Origin: an uncultured Phycisphaerales bacterium
Lineage (GTDB): Bacteria; Planctomycetota; Phycisphaerae; Tepidisphaerales; Tepidisphaeraceae
Direction of reading: 5' to 3'
Length of the DNA: 64,000 nucleotides
NCBI GenBank assembly: GCA_963844715.1
Contig: CAWJPJ010000006.1
Location: 832,001-896,000 of the forward strand
Shown here in pieces: positions 29,119-39,279 of this stretch (positions are counted from its first letter, which is position 1; every line of letters begins with the position of its first letter). Position numbers and translations under genes: made by a program. A model generated the notes under the pieces. It ran no database searches. It was not told the origin of the DNA and saw only the letters and a program-made list of their open reading frames with translations.

Positions 29119-29610
29119 ATGAAGTGCGACAGATGTAACAAGCTGGCAACGATCCACCTGACCGAAATCATCGGCGGCAAACAAATCCAAAAGCATCTTT
29201 GCGAGCAGTGCGCGGCGGAGACGGAAGTGCCGATCAAGCCGCATACGCCTATTAATGAACTGCTGACGAATTTCGTATTGGCGCACAGCGGGATGAGCAA
29301 GGAGACGGCCGCGGGTTGCGCAGTGCGGAATTAGCTGGGCGGAATTCCGGCAGAGCGGATTGTTTGGGTGCGAACACGATTATCCATTTTCGATAAGGAA
29401 TTGTCTCCCCTGCTTCAGCGAGCGCATGAGGGGGCGACGCATCATGTTGGGAAGGTCCCCACACGCCGGGGTGGGAGCAACGTGCCGGCGAAAAGGCAAC
29501 TGGATTTGGCGCGATTGCGGAAGGATTTGGCGCGGGCCGTGGAGGGGGAGGATTACGAGCGGGCGGCGAAGTTGCGGGATCAGATCCGATCGGCCGAGGG
29601 AGCGGCCTGA
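29119..29610 (+). CDS. mcsA: McsA (UvrB/UvrC-motif protein, arginine kinase activator); frameshifted
   Basis: CDRC..ATIHLTEI...HLCEQC; H.G...HVGKVP; EDYERAAKLRDQI; directly upstream of mcsB. Confidence 0.88.
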
Positions 29611-29616
29611 TTTGGC

Positions 29617-30670
29617 ATGAAACTCAGCGATCTAACCAGTCAGGCAGGCGAGTGGCTGCGCGGAAGCGGGCCGATGAGCGACATCGTGATCTCGTCGCGC
29701 ATCCGGCTGGCGCGCAATGTCGCGGGGTTCCGGTTCCTTTCCAAATGCACGCGGCATGATCGCAAATCACTCGAGAAAAAAATCCGCGATACGATTCTCT
29801 CGGCTCAGCTCTCCCTGAAAACGCTTTATGTGGACCTGGAAGAAGCGCCGGATATCGATCGGCAGTTGCTGGTCGAGCGGCATTTGATCAGCCGGCCGCA
29901 TAAGGACGCGGAGGGGGCGCGCGGCGTCGCCATCGGCGAGAACGAAACATTGGCCATCATGGTCAATGAGGAGGATCATCTTCGCATTCAGGTTCTTCGC
30001 AGCGGGTTGCAGCTTGAAGAGGCCTGGGAACAGATCAATGCGGTGGACGATCAACTCGAAGCGCTGCTTGATTTCGCGTTTCATCCGCGGTTTGGATATT
30101 TGACGGCTTGCCCGACGAATGTGGGGACGGGGATTCGGGTAAGCGTCATGCTGCATCTGCCGGGGTTGAAATTGGCGGGGGAAATTGAAAAAGTTTTCCG
30201 GGCGGCTAAGGATTTGAAATTGGCGGTGCGCGGGCTTTATGGGGAAGGGACGGAAGCGACGGGGGATTTTATCAGATTTCCAATCAGGCCACGCTTGGGC
30301 GCACCGAAGACGACATTATTCAGGATTTTAAGGATACGGTGATTCCGAAGATCATTGATTATGAACATCAGGGCGCAAGGCGCTGGTGGAGGATCGGAAG
30401 GTTGCGCTGGATGATAAGGTTTGCCGGGCGCTGGGGGTTTTGAGGTCGGCTCGGTTGCTGGCGCCGGATGAGACATTGGCGCTGCTTAGCCATGTGAGGC
30501 TTGGGGTGAATCTGAAACGGGTGGCGGATTTGGATATTAATAAGGTGAATGAATTGTTTCTGCTGACGCAGGAGGCGCATTTGCAGAAGATTTTGGGGAA
30601 GAAGTTGGAGGGGGAGGCGGAGAATGCGGCGCGGGCGGAGTTTGTGAGGCATCGACTGAACGGTGGGTAA
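29617..30670 (+). CDS. mcsB: Protein arginine kinase McsB; frameshifted near 30270-30385
   Basis: SSRIRLARN, LVERHLIS, MVNEEDHLRIQ, GYLTACPTNVGTG.RVSVMLHLP, RAEFVR. Confidence 0.93.
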
Positions 30671-30679
30671 AATACGGCC

Positions 30680-31096
30680 ATGACAATCGAGAAGATTCGG
30701 GAGTTTTGGCGGGCGGAACCTTTTCACAAATTCACAATTCATCTGGCGGATGGGCGCAATATTCCTGTGCACCATCGCGAATTCATGTCCATGTCGCCTA
30801 GCGGGCGGACGGTCAATGTTTACCAGCCTGATGATTCTCACAATATTGTGGATTTGCTGCTTGTGACGGACATTGAGATGGGGGTAAATGGGCGCGACGC
30901 GGGCGGCGGCGGGGTTAAGCGACACTCCACGAATTTCCGGATGCGAGCCTGTGCTTATGTATGCGGCCGCCTAGCCATTTCTTTGAAGTATTTGCGAAAG
31001 CGATCCGCCCGCGGATTCAGGCCGCCGTCTTCGGGAACTTCGCTGGCATCATATCCGATCGATCGTACGAGCTTTGCGTATTCCCGGAACTCGTGA
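30680..31096 (+). CDS. Small hypothetical protein; real stop probably near 30930
   Basis: AEPFHKFTIHLADGRNIPVHHREF...IVDLLLVTDIE; the 3' extension overlaps the opposite-strand gene. Confidence 0.65.
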   Translation: MTIEKIREFWRAEPFHKFTIHLADGRNIPVHHREFMSMSPSGRTVNVYQPDDSHNIVDLLLVTDIEMGVNGRDAGGGGVKRHSTNFRMRACAYVCGRLAISLKYLRKRSARGFRPPSSGTSLASYPIDRTSFAYSRNS

Positions 31097-31458
31097 GGGA
31101 CGTTGCCCGATCGCAGAAGCGCAAAGACCCGGCTGCGGACTCGCTTCTTTTGCTCATCCGAGAGCGAGGCCCGACGAAGTGCGCGAGCGGTGTTCGACTT
31201 CAAAATTTTGCCAAACGGGAAACCCTTGTCCTCTTCGATGAAGTCGATCCCGAGCGCGATACAGGCACGATCGCCGCTTTCAATTCCTGCGATCATTCTC
31301 TCCATTACCGGGTAAATCCAATGGCGACCGTCTGCAAAGTGCTCCTGGGGCGACAAGTCTTGCGGAGTTATCCCTAGCTCGGCTGCAAGTTGCGCATACC
31401 TCGACAGAATTCCCTCGCGGCTCCAGGGACCTTCTCCGTTGTAGTCGGTCACGCTCAT
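30955..31458 (-). CDS. Hypothetical protein
   Basis: 167-aa ORF with ordinary globular composition; no family recognised. Confidence 0.65.
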   Translation of the reverse strand: MSVTDYNGEGPWSREGILSRYAQLAAELGITPQDLSPQEHFADGRHWIYPVMERMIAGIESGDRACIALGIDFIEEDKGFPFGKILKSNTARALRRASLSDEQKKRVRSRVFALLRSGNVPHEFREYAKLVRSIGYDASEVPEDGGLNPRADRFRKYFKEMARRPHT

Positions 31459-31732
31459 ACGATGACTGCCTTCCGCCGGTTGAACGTAGCGGAAACCTTC
31501 TAAATTGTACCAAGAACACGCTGATGGAATGCGCGATGGGAGGGGTCAGTGAGCCCATGCGAGGAAACTACCCGACAAATCATCCCGCGGGCCGGCTCAG
31601 GCCGGAGATGATGGATTATTGGTCCCGCCAGAAAAAACATTGAGAAATTTGCCCCGCGGCGCGACGAATCGTACCTCCAATTCGTGGTTTGAAAATTGCG
31701 CCAGTCACTTACTCTGGATAACGAGGGAAAAT

Positions 31733-32437
31733 ATGACATCTAACCATTGCATCGTCGAGCAGCTTGAGGGTCGGCAGCTTTTGAGCGCGGCGCCGATCGC
31801 GTTTGCGGGGTCGGCGGTTAGCACGACCGGCGCGGTGCAGGATACGCTGCTGATGACCGTGCAGGCGACGGGCAATGGGTTCACGGATAAGTTTATTCTG
31901 ACGGACAATTCCGGGAATATCACGGTTCTGAATTTCAGCATGAAAGCGAACGGGACTTTCACGGATACGCAGGGGGTTTTGACGGTGGCCGGGAAGATGG
32001 ACGCCGGGGAGACGGCGATTACCGGGACCTGGTCGGAGAAACTGTGGGGCAAGAACACGCGCGGGACGTTTTCGCTGGGTGTGCTGGCGCAGCCTAACGC
32101 GAATTTGCCGACGACGAATAATACGACGACGGTGACGGAATACGCCGGGACGGATGTCAACCAGGGGGGTCAATCGGGGACCGTCCTGATCGAAGTCCTG
32201 GACACCAACGGCGTGCGCACGGGCGAGGTGTTTGTCCATAACTATGAAAACCAGCTGGTTCCCATCCCGTTCAACATCAGCAAGACCGGGCAAATCGCGT
32301 TCACGTTCTCACTGACGGATCAGACGAATATCGTGCAAGGCAAGGTGAACGCCAACGGGACGATCACGGGGAGCTGGACTTCAATCAATAGTGATGGGAC
32401 CAATGGGTTTGGACATTTCTCGGGGAAGGAAATTTAG
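31733..32437 (+). CDS. Secreted beta-rich protein with planctomycete LEPR-XLL-type leader
   Basis: VEQLEGRQLLS at the N-terminus; two internal repeats ending GKxxAxxTITGxW. Confidence 0.75.
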   Translation: MTSNHCIVEQLEGRQLLSAAPIAFAGSAVSTTGAVQDTLLMTVQATGNGFTDKFILTDNSGNITVLNFSMKANGTFTDTQGVLTVAGKMDAGETAITGTWSEKLWGKNTRGTFSLGVLAQPNANLPTTNNTTTVTEYAGTDVNQGGQSGTVLIEVLDTNGVRTGEVFVHNYENQLVPIPFNISKTGQIAFTFSLTDQTNIVQGKVNANGTITGSWTSINSDGTNGFGHFSGKEI

Positions 32438-32442
32438 AGGAC

Positions 32443-33077
32443 CTAAGATTCACGCGATCCCTTAGATTGCTGTGGGATAGGGATACTCCCCTTCGGACGA
32501 ATGTGAATGTCCGATAGCGCGACCAGATCGATATCGGCGAGGTACTTTTTGATCGCAAAGTATTGGTCGATATCCCGGAAATTGAACGTAGTTGTCAGCC
32601 GGTGCGGGCGCCCCAAATTGATGCCAAACATGTTTCCGCTCCAATCCAGACCGTCTTTAAACACAGGGTTATAAACGGGGGCTTCGTCGTTCCACCGAAA
32701 CGGCCAAAGCATGTAGATATCGGGCACAGCGTGCTTCTTTTTTATTGGCTCGATCATTGAGTCAATCCAAAGCGCTATCAATGGCAGTCGCTTCTCAGAA
32801 ATAGGCAAACGCAGAATTCGGGAGGGAGGACCCGATCGGTTGGGAACATCATTTGCCGTGCCGTTGGCGCCAAGTTGCGTCTCAAGCGCTTCGATGGACG
32901 CCGAGACAGATGAGTGTTTCGCGGGGGTCCAGCCGACTGAAAACTCAGCCTCTCGTTCGCGGAGAGCCGAGCATTTTCTCGCAGGAACAATAGCGATCTC
33001 TCAACCAGGTGAACGGACTTGCGGCGGCCGACTTGATGTCCCCAAAGCTGCGATTTTGGAGGGTGGTACTTGATCAC
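32443..33077 (-). CDS. Hypothetical protein, probably one gene split by frameshifts
   Basis: Overlapping minus ORFs 32778..33077 and 32443..32808, lower GC, RBS GAGGGG before the start. Confidence 0.45.
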
Positions 33078-33089
33078 TTGATCCCCTCG

Positions 33090-33269
33090 TCATTTGCGGC
33101 TCGTCTTCAATCGCTTGGCGACTTCAGCTTTGCTGATATTGCGGGTGCTCATGGCTTTCCCAAGTTCGTGGGCGAATTTGAATTTGATGGCCGCGGCGCG
33201 GCAGTCCTCGAGGATGCCTTCCTCGGCTAGATAATCTTCGAATTTGGAGCCCAAGCGTTTTCGTTTCAT
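33090..33269 (-). pseudogene. Truncated XRE/HTH antitoxin-like gene
   Basis: LGSKFEDYLAEEGI...AIK...AM....ISKAEVAKRLKTSR then stop within the HTH; no cognate toxin recognised upstream. Confidence 0.6.
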
Positions 33270-33440
33270 GGCGTCACGTCGGCCGATTGATCTTACCATT
33301 CGATCTTAAAAACTGCGCCCGGCCTGCGGAAACTGACTGGCGTCGGGGTGCCGCGACATATTCCATCTCTCGCGTGAGCCCATTGATCTCAACGGCAAAT
33401 TGAACCGCCCGCTTCGCTAGAGAACGCCCGCCGCGGCGGC

Positions 33441-33595
33441 TTGACTCCGAGCGCGGAGAAATTCAAATTCATTTTTGCCGCGGATGAAATGCCGATTTAC
33501 ACGGATAGAAGACAAATCATTTTCGGGTTTTGTCATCCGTGTTCATCTGGGTTTTATCCGTGGCTAAAAGGGTTTTTCTCCGCGCTCGGAGTCAA
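33441..33595. repeat. 20-bp perfect inverted repeat enclosing a nested inverted GCGGAT/ATCCGT repeat pair
   Basis: TTGACTCCGAGCGCGGAGAA (33441-33460) / TTCTCCGCGCTCGGAGTCAA (33576-33595). Confidence 0.8.
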
Positions 33596-33712
33596 ACGGC
33601 CGTGACGGTGTGCTCCGCAGTTCAAACCCGATTCGTGGGGGGCAGGGCGGATGAGTAAGAGTAGGAGTAAGAGTAAGATTAGGAAGACGATTAAGATTAC
33701 GATTAAGATTAA

Positions 33713-34606
33713 GAGCCTCTAACAAAAATGCGAATGGAGCCTGTTCCAACAGATCATTGCCTCACCCACGGTCATGAACGCGGCGTGGATGTCGGGCCGT
33801 TTTTCGTAACGGACTCGCAGTCGGCGATTCTGATGCAACCAACTCAGCGTACGCTCCACCGGCCAGCGGGTTTTGCCAAGACCACTTCCGTGCGGGCGGT
33901 TGCGTCGGGCCAGCAACGGGCGGCTGCCACGCTGACGCAACGCCTTTCGGTGCGGTTCGGAGTGATACGCCCGGTCTCCCTGCACCACCTCGAACCGCCA
34001 GCGCGGCCGGCCCGGTTTGCCCGAGACCTTTGGAATCGCATCGATCAGCGGCAGCAGTTGCGTGATGTCGTGGCGGTTGGCCGCCGTCAGGAGGGCAACC
34101 ATCGGCGTGCCGTTGCCATCGGTCAATACATGGTGCTTGGAACCGTTTTTCCTGCGATCTACCGGGCTCGGACCCGTTTTTTTCCCCCGTGCACGGCCCG
34201 CACGGAAGCAGAATCCACCAAGGCCCGCGACCAGTCGATGGCATTCGACCGCCGCAATCGATTCAGCAATAGTCCGTGCAGCTTCGTCCAAACCCCACGA
34301 TGGTTCCAATCGCGCAGTCGACGCCAGCAACTCATGCCGCTGCCGCATCCCATCTCCTGGGGAAGGTATTCCCACGGAATGCCGGTTTTGAGCACGAACA
34401 GAATACCCGACAACGCCTCGCGATCGTCCAGCGGCGGCCGGCCGCGCTTTCCTGGACCACTGCGGTGCTTGGGAAGCAGGGGTCGGATCAACTCCCAAAG
34501 CTCGTCGGTCACCAACGGCTTGGTCATAAAGCCCTCCATGGCTAAGACCAAGCCGTATTGTCCGATCAACCATAAACATGGGGAAGTGCATTTTTGTTAG
34601 AGGCTC
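33713..34606 (-). mobile_element. IS5-family insertion sequence, 894 bp, 19-bp terminal IRs, TAA target duplication
   Basis: GAGCCTCTAACAAAAATGC ... GCATTTTTGTTAGAGGCTC with TAA on both sides. Confidence 0.93.
33719..34527 (-). CDS. IS5-family transposase, two ORFs joined by a probable programmed -1 frameshift at GGGGGAAAAAAA (34177-34188)
   Basis: orfA TDELWELIRPLLP...GILFVLKTGIPW..LP..MGCGSG.SCWRRL; orfB GSKHHVLTD, GDRAY, RWPVERTLSW. Confidence 0.92.
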
Positions 34607-34659
34607 TAAGATTATGATTATGAGCGGAGCGGGATTGGGTTGAGTTTTAATGGAGGTCC

Positions 34660-36036
34660 GTGATGAGTCGATGGACTTGGGTTTTGGCGGGAGCGCTGGT
34701 TTGCTCGGGTTGTGCGGCGGGGTCGGGGGGGAATTCTGCTACGCAGGCGAGTGGTTCGCCGGGGGTTAGCGCGGGGCTTCAGCCTCGGTTGCTGCGGCTC
34801 CGGTTGTTCCGGGGGATGATATTGTGGCGGCGCTGCCTGTGATTCCTGCGGCGACGTTTAACTTTTCCGATTATGGGGGGGTGGGAGATGGGGAGACATT
34901 CAATACCGATGCGTTCAAGAAGGCTGTGGATGCCGTAGAGAAGGCGGGTGGCGGGCATTTGATTGTGCCGGCGGGGGTTTATCTGACCAAGGCATTTACG
35001 CTGGGCAGCCATATGGATTTGCATTTGGAGCGCGGGGCGGTGATTAAGGCGCCGACGCGGTATTCGGATTATGGGTTGCCTGAGCCGGGGAAGAGGCCAA
35101 CGTCGCGGGAGTCGGGGCGGGGTGGGTTTCGGTTTCGGATTCCGGCTTTGATTTCGGCGACGGGGGTCACGGACGTTTCGATCACGGGGAGCGGGACGAT
35201 TGACGGGTCGGGGGGAATGTTCTGGGTTTTTGCGAGTCATGCGGCTCGGGATTATTTGCCTTTTGCGATGGAGCTGCCGCGGCCGGTGCTGGTGGCGGTG
35301 CATGGGGATCGGCTTTTGTTTGACGGGGTGACGCTGACGGATTCGCCGATGTTTCATCTGACGCCAACGGGGCATGACATCACGATTCAGAATCTGCATA
35401 TCGTGGCGCCGAGCGATTCGCCGAATACGGACGCGATGGATTTGCGCGGGCAGAGGATCGTCGTGCGCGGGTGCGAGATTGACGTGGGGGACGACAATTG
35501 CGAGATCGGCGGGCCTTGCAAGGATGTGCTGGTTGAAAATTGCGAGTGTCTGCACGGGCATGGGATTTCGATCGGGAGCCCGACGCGCGGCGGGGTCAGC
35601 CATGTGGTGGTGCGGAATTGCTCGTTCGACAGCGGGGACAACGGGATTCGCATCAAGTCGGCGCGCGGGCGCGGCGGGCTCATTGAGAATGTGACGTTCA
35701 TGGATTTGACGATGAAGAACATCGCCAAGCGGCCGATCGATATCACGATGCTTTATTCCGGCGACCGCCAGGCGGAAGGGGACGAGACGGATATTCCGCA
35801 GGTGGCGCGACGTGCTGATCAAGAATGTGACGATTAATGGCGGGCCCGAGATTGGGCGCATCGTGGGATTGCCGGAGCAATTGGCGACGGATATCACGCT
35901 GGAGAATGTGAGCACGTACACGGATCGGGGGATTGCTCTTCAGGACGCGGCGGATATCACGTTTAAGAATGTGAAGTTTGACGTGGGAGTGGGACAGGCG
36001 ATTACGACGGATAATGGGAAATATACTAGAAACTAG
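34660..36036 (+). CDS. Glycoside hydrolase family 28 (polygalacturonase-like) lipoprotein; two frameshifts
   Basis: Lipobox CSGC; DYGGVGDG..NT.AF; PNTDAMD, GDDN, GHGISIGS, GIRIKS. Confidence 0.88.
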
Positions 36037-36096
36037 AAACTAGAAACTAGAAACTAGAAACCAGAGGCTAGAGGCTAGAAGCTAGAAATCAGAAGC
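36026..36096 (+). repeat. Heptamer tandem repeat (CTAGAAA)n degenerating to CTAGAGG
   Basis: ctagaaa x5 followed by ccagagg ctagagg ctagaag ctagaaa. Confidence 0.9.
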
Positions 36097-36169
36097 AAGT
36101 CCGAAGCCGGAAACCAGAATGAGGGGATCGAACTACTCTGCTGAAATCCCTGCGAGTTACGGGGAGGAT

Positions 36170-36208
36170 CCCCCCCACCCTGGCCCTCCCCCCGAGTACG
36201 GGGAGAGT
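36170..36208 (+). repeat. GTAC-cored palindromic element, intergenic copy
   Basis: C-rich arm CCCCCCCACCCTGGCCCTCCCCCC, core GAGTAC, then GGGGAGAG. Confidence 0.75.
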
Positions 36209-36319
36209 GAAAAAGAGTGCGCGGCGGTTGGGTTTCTGCGGGGTGGAATCAAATCCGAAATCTGAAACCGGAATGAAGGATTGGGAAGCATCACTGGCGG
36301 TTCGAGCGTGTGCACCGCG

Positions 36320-36382
36320 AGCGACTGGCAACTCGCTACTGGTAACTGGCAATTGGCAATTGGCGACTCGCAGCTGGCAACT
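36320..36382 (+). repeat. Heptamer tract (AACTGGC)n; related tracts at 17830-17850, 18361-18380, 18912-18941, 21340-21356, 25738-25771
   Basis: gactggc aactcgc tactggt aactggc aattggc aattggc gactcgc agctggc. Confidence 0.85.
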
Positions 36383-36524
36383 TGCTCTTTTTCCGGCATC
36401 TTCTTTGCATTATTTCCTGGGTGGTTCGCCGGAGTAACTTGATCTGGCGGACGCAGGCGGGTATGACCACCGCGGCTTTTAAGCTGGCGGCGAGGCCTTT
36501 CACTCATTCATAGAGGAGCGAGAC

Positions 36525-36750
36525 ATGATCTCGAGTTTACGTCGGATGGCCCTTAGTTCTTTGTTCCTGGGCGCGTTGTGCCTGGGGACGGGGTGTGTGG
36601 TTCGTGGCGCATGGGGGCTTCGCCCAGGTGGATATCGTCGGCGGCGACGGGTTCCACCATCAGGGATATTACGACGACCACCACAATTGGCATGGCGGGT
36701 ATTACGACGACCATCATGGGTGGCACGACGATCCGCATGATTGGCATTGA
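36525..36750 (+). CDS. Small His/Asp/Trp/Tyr-rich lipoprotein, paralog 1; frameshift near 36608
   Basis: LGTGC lipobox then, in shifted frame, AQVDIVGGDGFHHQGYYDDHHNWHGGYYDDHHGWHDDPHDWH*; RBS GAGGAG. Confidence 0.75.
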
Positions 36751-36806
36751 TGATCAATTGGCGTGATCTGAAATCAGGCAATTGGGTTTAGCTAGAGGAG
36801 AGGCGA

Positions 36807-37025
36807 ATGGTCTGGGAATTTCGTCGCCGCGCGGCGGGAACGATGCTGGCGGCCGGGCTGGCGCTGAGTGCGGGATGTTTGTTCCGCAGCCATACGCAGG
36901 TGGATATCGTCGATGCCAATGGGGTTCACCACCAGGGGTATTACGACGATACGAATTTGTGGCGCGGGGGATACTACGACCAGCAACATGAATGGCACGA
37001 CGATCCGCGCGATTGGCATCGGTAG
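36807..37025 (+). CDS. Small His/Asp/Trp/Tyr-rich lipoprotein, paralog 2
   Basis: LSAGC lipobox, TQVDIVDANGVHHQGYYDDTNLWRGGYYDQQHEWHDDPRDWHR; RBS GAGGAG. Confidence 0.8.
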   Translation: MVWEFRRRAAGTMLAAGLALSAGCLFRSHTQVDIVDANGVHHQGYYDDTNLWRGGYYDQQHEWHDDPRDWHR

Positions 37026-37064
37026 ATCTTGGCGGGATCGGCGCGGGGGTTCTTGGGGGAGCGG

Positions 37065-37757
37065 CTAGGGGTGATGTTCTTTTTCGGGGTGCGGGGGGTA
37101 GTAGATGGTCAGGGCTTGACCGTTGGTTTCGGCGGTGACTTGACCGTCTTTTTTGCGGCCGGTGATGCTGAATTTTAAGGGGGCCTTGGCGACCTGGATC
37201 ATTCCGCCAAGGACGGAAGCGCCGCCGTAGGAAATATTGGCTTCGATTTCCCCGGTCGCGGGATGATACCAACCGTCAAACGGACCTTCGCTGCTGTGAC
37301 CCTCGAACTTGACTCTGTCTGGCATTCCCAGGACCCAGATGGGGCGGTAGAAGAGGACGTCATCGCCGACGGACGGCATGTGGGTGTCCACCGCCGGGTC
37401 GTACATTCCCTGTTGGGACATTTCGGCCGCGAGGGCATAGGAGATGACATCCTTCACGTTTTCGTCAGCGGTGGGACCGATGGTTTCCCATTGATTCCAG
37501 ACGCGAATGGGACCGATGGCGACGAGTATGCCGCAGACGACGGCGACGCCCAGGCAGATCACGGCGATGATCTTGCCGAGCGAAATATAAACGACGGGGC
37601 TGGCGGCTTTCTTCCTGGCGGCGCGGCCCACGGGGGCGGGGGCGGCTTCGCCGACGGAGATGGGATCTCCGCAGGCGGGGCATCGGATGGTTCTTCCGGC
37701 TAACGCGTCGGCGACGGCGACGCGCTTTCCACAACCACATTGAGCGACGATGGGCAT
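37065..37757 (-). CDS. Membrane-anchored protein with N-terminal zinc ribbon
   Basis: MPIVAQCGCGK...CPACG, single TM helix, C-terminal globular domain. Confidence 0.8.
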   Translation of the reverse strand: MPIVAQCGCGKRVAVADALAGRTIRCPACGDPISVGEAAPAPVGRAARKKAASPVVYISLGKIIAVICLGVAVVCGILVAIGPIRVWNQWETIGPTADENVKDVISYALAAEMSQQGMYDPAVDTHMPSVGDDVLFYRPIWVLGMPDRVKFEGHSSEGPFDGWYHPATGEIEANISYGGASVLGGMIQVAKAPLKFSITGRKKDGQVTAETNGQALTIYYPPHPEKEHHP

Positions 37758-37872
37758 ATTCGGTTTCCCCGGTCAGGTGACGGGGTTGATGATAACATCG
37801 TTGGGGGATGGGGCAATGTTTCGGGGGAGCCCGGCGGATGGCCATCCGTCGGCTTTGTCTGCATGCGGGGCG

Positions 37873-39023
37873 TTAGTCAACTGTTGGGCGCGGGGGTGTT
37901 TTAATTGCCAGCATTCTGTCGAGGGCGACCAGGGCCCATTTGCGGGTTTGGTCGTCGACTTTGATCTGGTTGACGACTTTGCCGGCGACGAGATTTTCCA
38001 GGGTCCAGCACAGGTGGGAGAGGTCGATGCGGAACATCGTTGTGCAGAGGCATTGGCAGTCGCTGAGGACGATGATCTTTTGCTCGGGGTGCTGCCTGGC
38101 GAGGCGATTGACCAGGTGAACCTCGGTGCCGACGGCCCATTCGGAGCCGGCCGGGGCATGGGTGATTTGATTGACGATGTAAGCGGTGGAGCCGACCTGA
38201 TCGGCTTGCTCGACGACCTCGCGGCGGCATTCGGGGTGAACGATCACCTTCATCTTGGGATATTTTTCGCGCACTTGGGCGACGTGCTCGGGACGGAAAA
38301 GTTGATGGACGGAACAGTGGCCTTTCCAGAGGACAAAGTCGGCGCGGGTGACGGCGTCGGGCGGATTGCCGCCGAGGTCCTGGTGCGGGTCCCAGAGAAT
38401 CATGGAATCGAGGGGGTAACCCATGGCGGCGGCGGTGTTGCGGCCGAGGTGCTGGTCGGGGAAGAAAAGGATTTTTACTTTTTGGCCGGGCGACAGTCCG
38501 TTGGCGCCGCCTTGAAGAGCCCATTTGAGGACGGCGGCGGCAGTTGCTGCTGGTGCAGACTGCTCCACCGTGCTCGCCGACGAAGGCTTTGATGGCGGCG
38601 GAGCTGTTCATGTAAGTGACGGGGACGATGAGCTGGCCGGGGCAGAGGTCCTGGAGTTGCTCCCAGCATTCGAGGGTTTGGTCGAGATTTGCCATGTCGG
38701 CCATGGAGCAGCCGGCGCCGAGGTCGGGGAGGATGACTTTGACGTCGGGGGCGGTGAGGATGTCAGCGGATTCGGCCATGAAATGGACGCCGCAGAAAAT
38801 GACGTATTCGATCGCCTTTTGCTGGCGGCGGCTTTTCGGGAGAGTTCGAAGCTGTCGCCGATGAAATCGGCGAATTCGATGACGGGTCCTGCTGGTAATG
38901 GTGGCCGAGGATGACGAGGCGGCTGCCGAGGGCCTTTTTTGCGGCCAGGGCGCGGGCGCGAAGATCGGGGTCTGATGCGCCTCGATACTGGGTGGGGAGA
39001 GATTGTTGCCACACCATGGCCAT
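37873..39023 (-). CDS. nadA: Quinolinate synthase; several frameshifts
   Basis: [63 protein letters not shown]. Confidence 0.93.
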
Positions 39024-39279
39024 GGGTCGCTCCGAGTGATTGTAGCGAGATGAAACCGGGTAAACACCCTCATAAAAACGGAGCACTCCATTCTAATGGG
39101 CCAAAAAGATGGAGATTGATTTGTGTGCATCATGGCGTGGGGGGATGAAATTATCGGAAGTGGCGCGATCATGACGATATTGCCGATTGTTCAGGTGAAA
39201 TCTAACTGATTTCATCGAGGATTCGGGGTTTGGGCAACGAAAAGCCCCAGCCAAAGAGAAAATTTGGAAGGAGATTGTC

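Noticed and set aside
36026..36096. (CTAGAAA)n as a phase-variation tract in the GH28 gene
   Set aside because: The tract begins at the last codons and stop, so length change would not alter the protein
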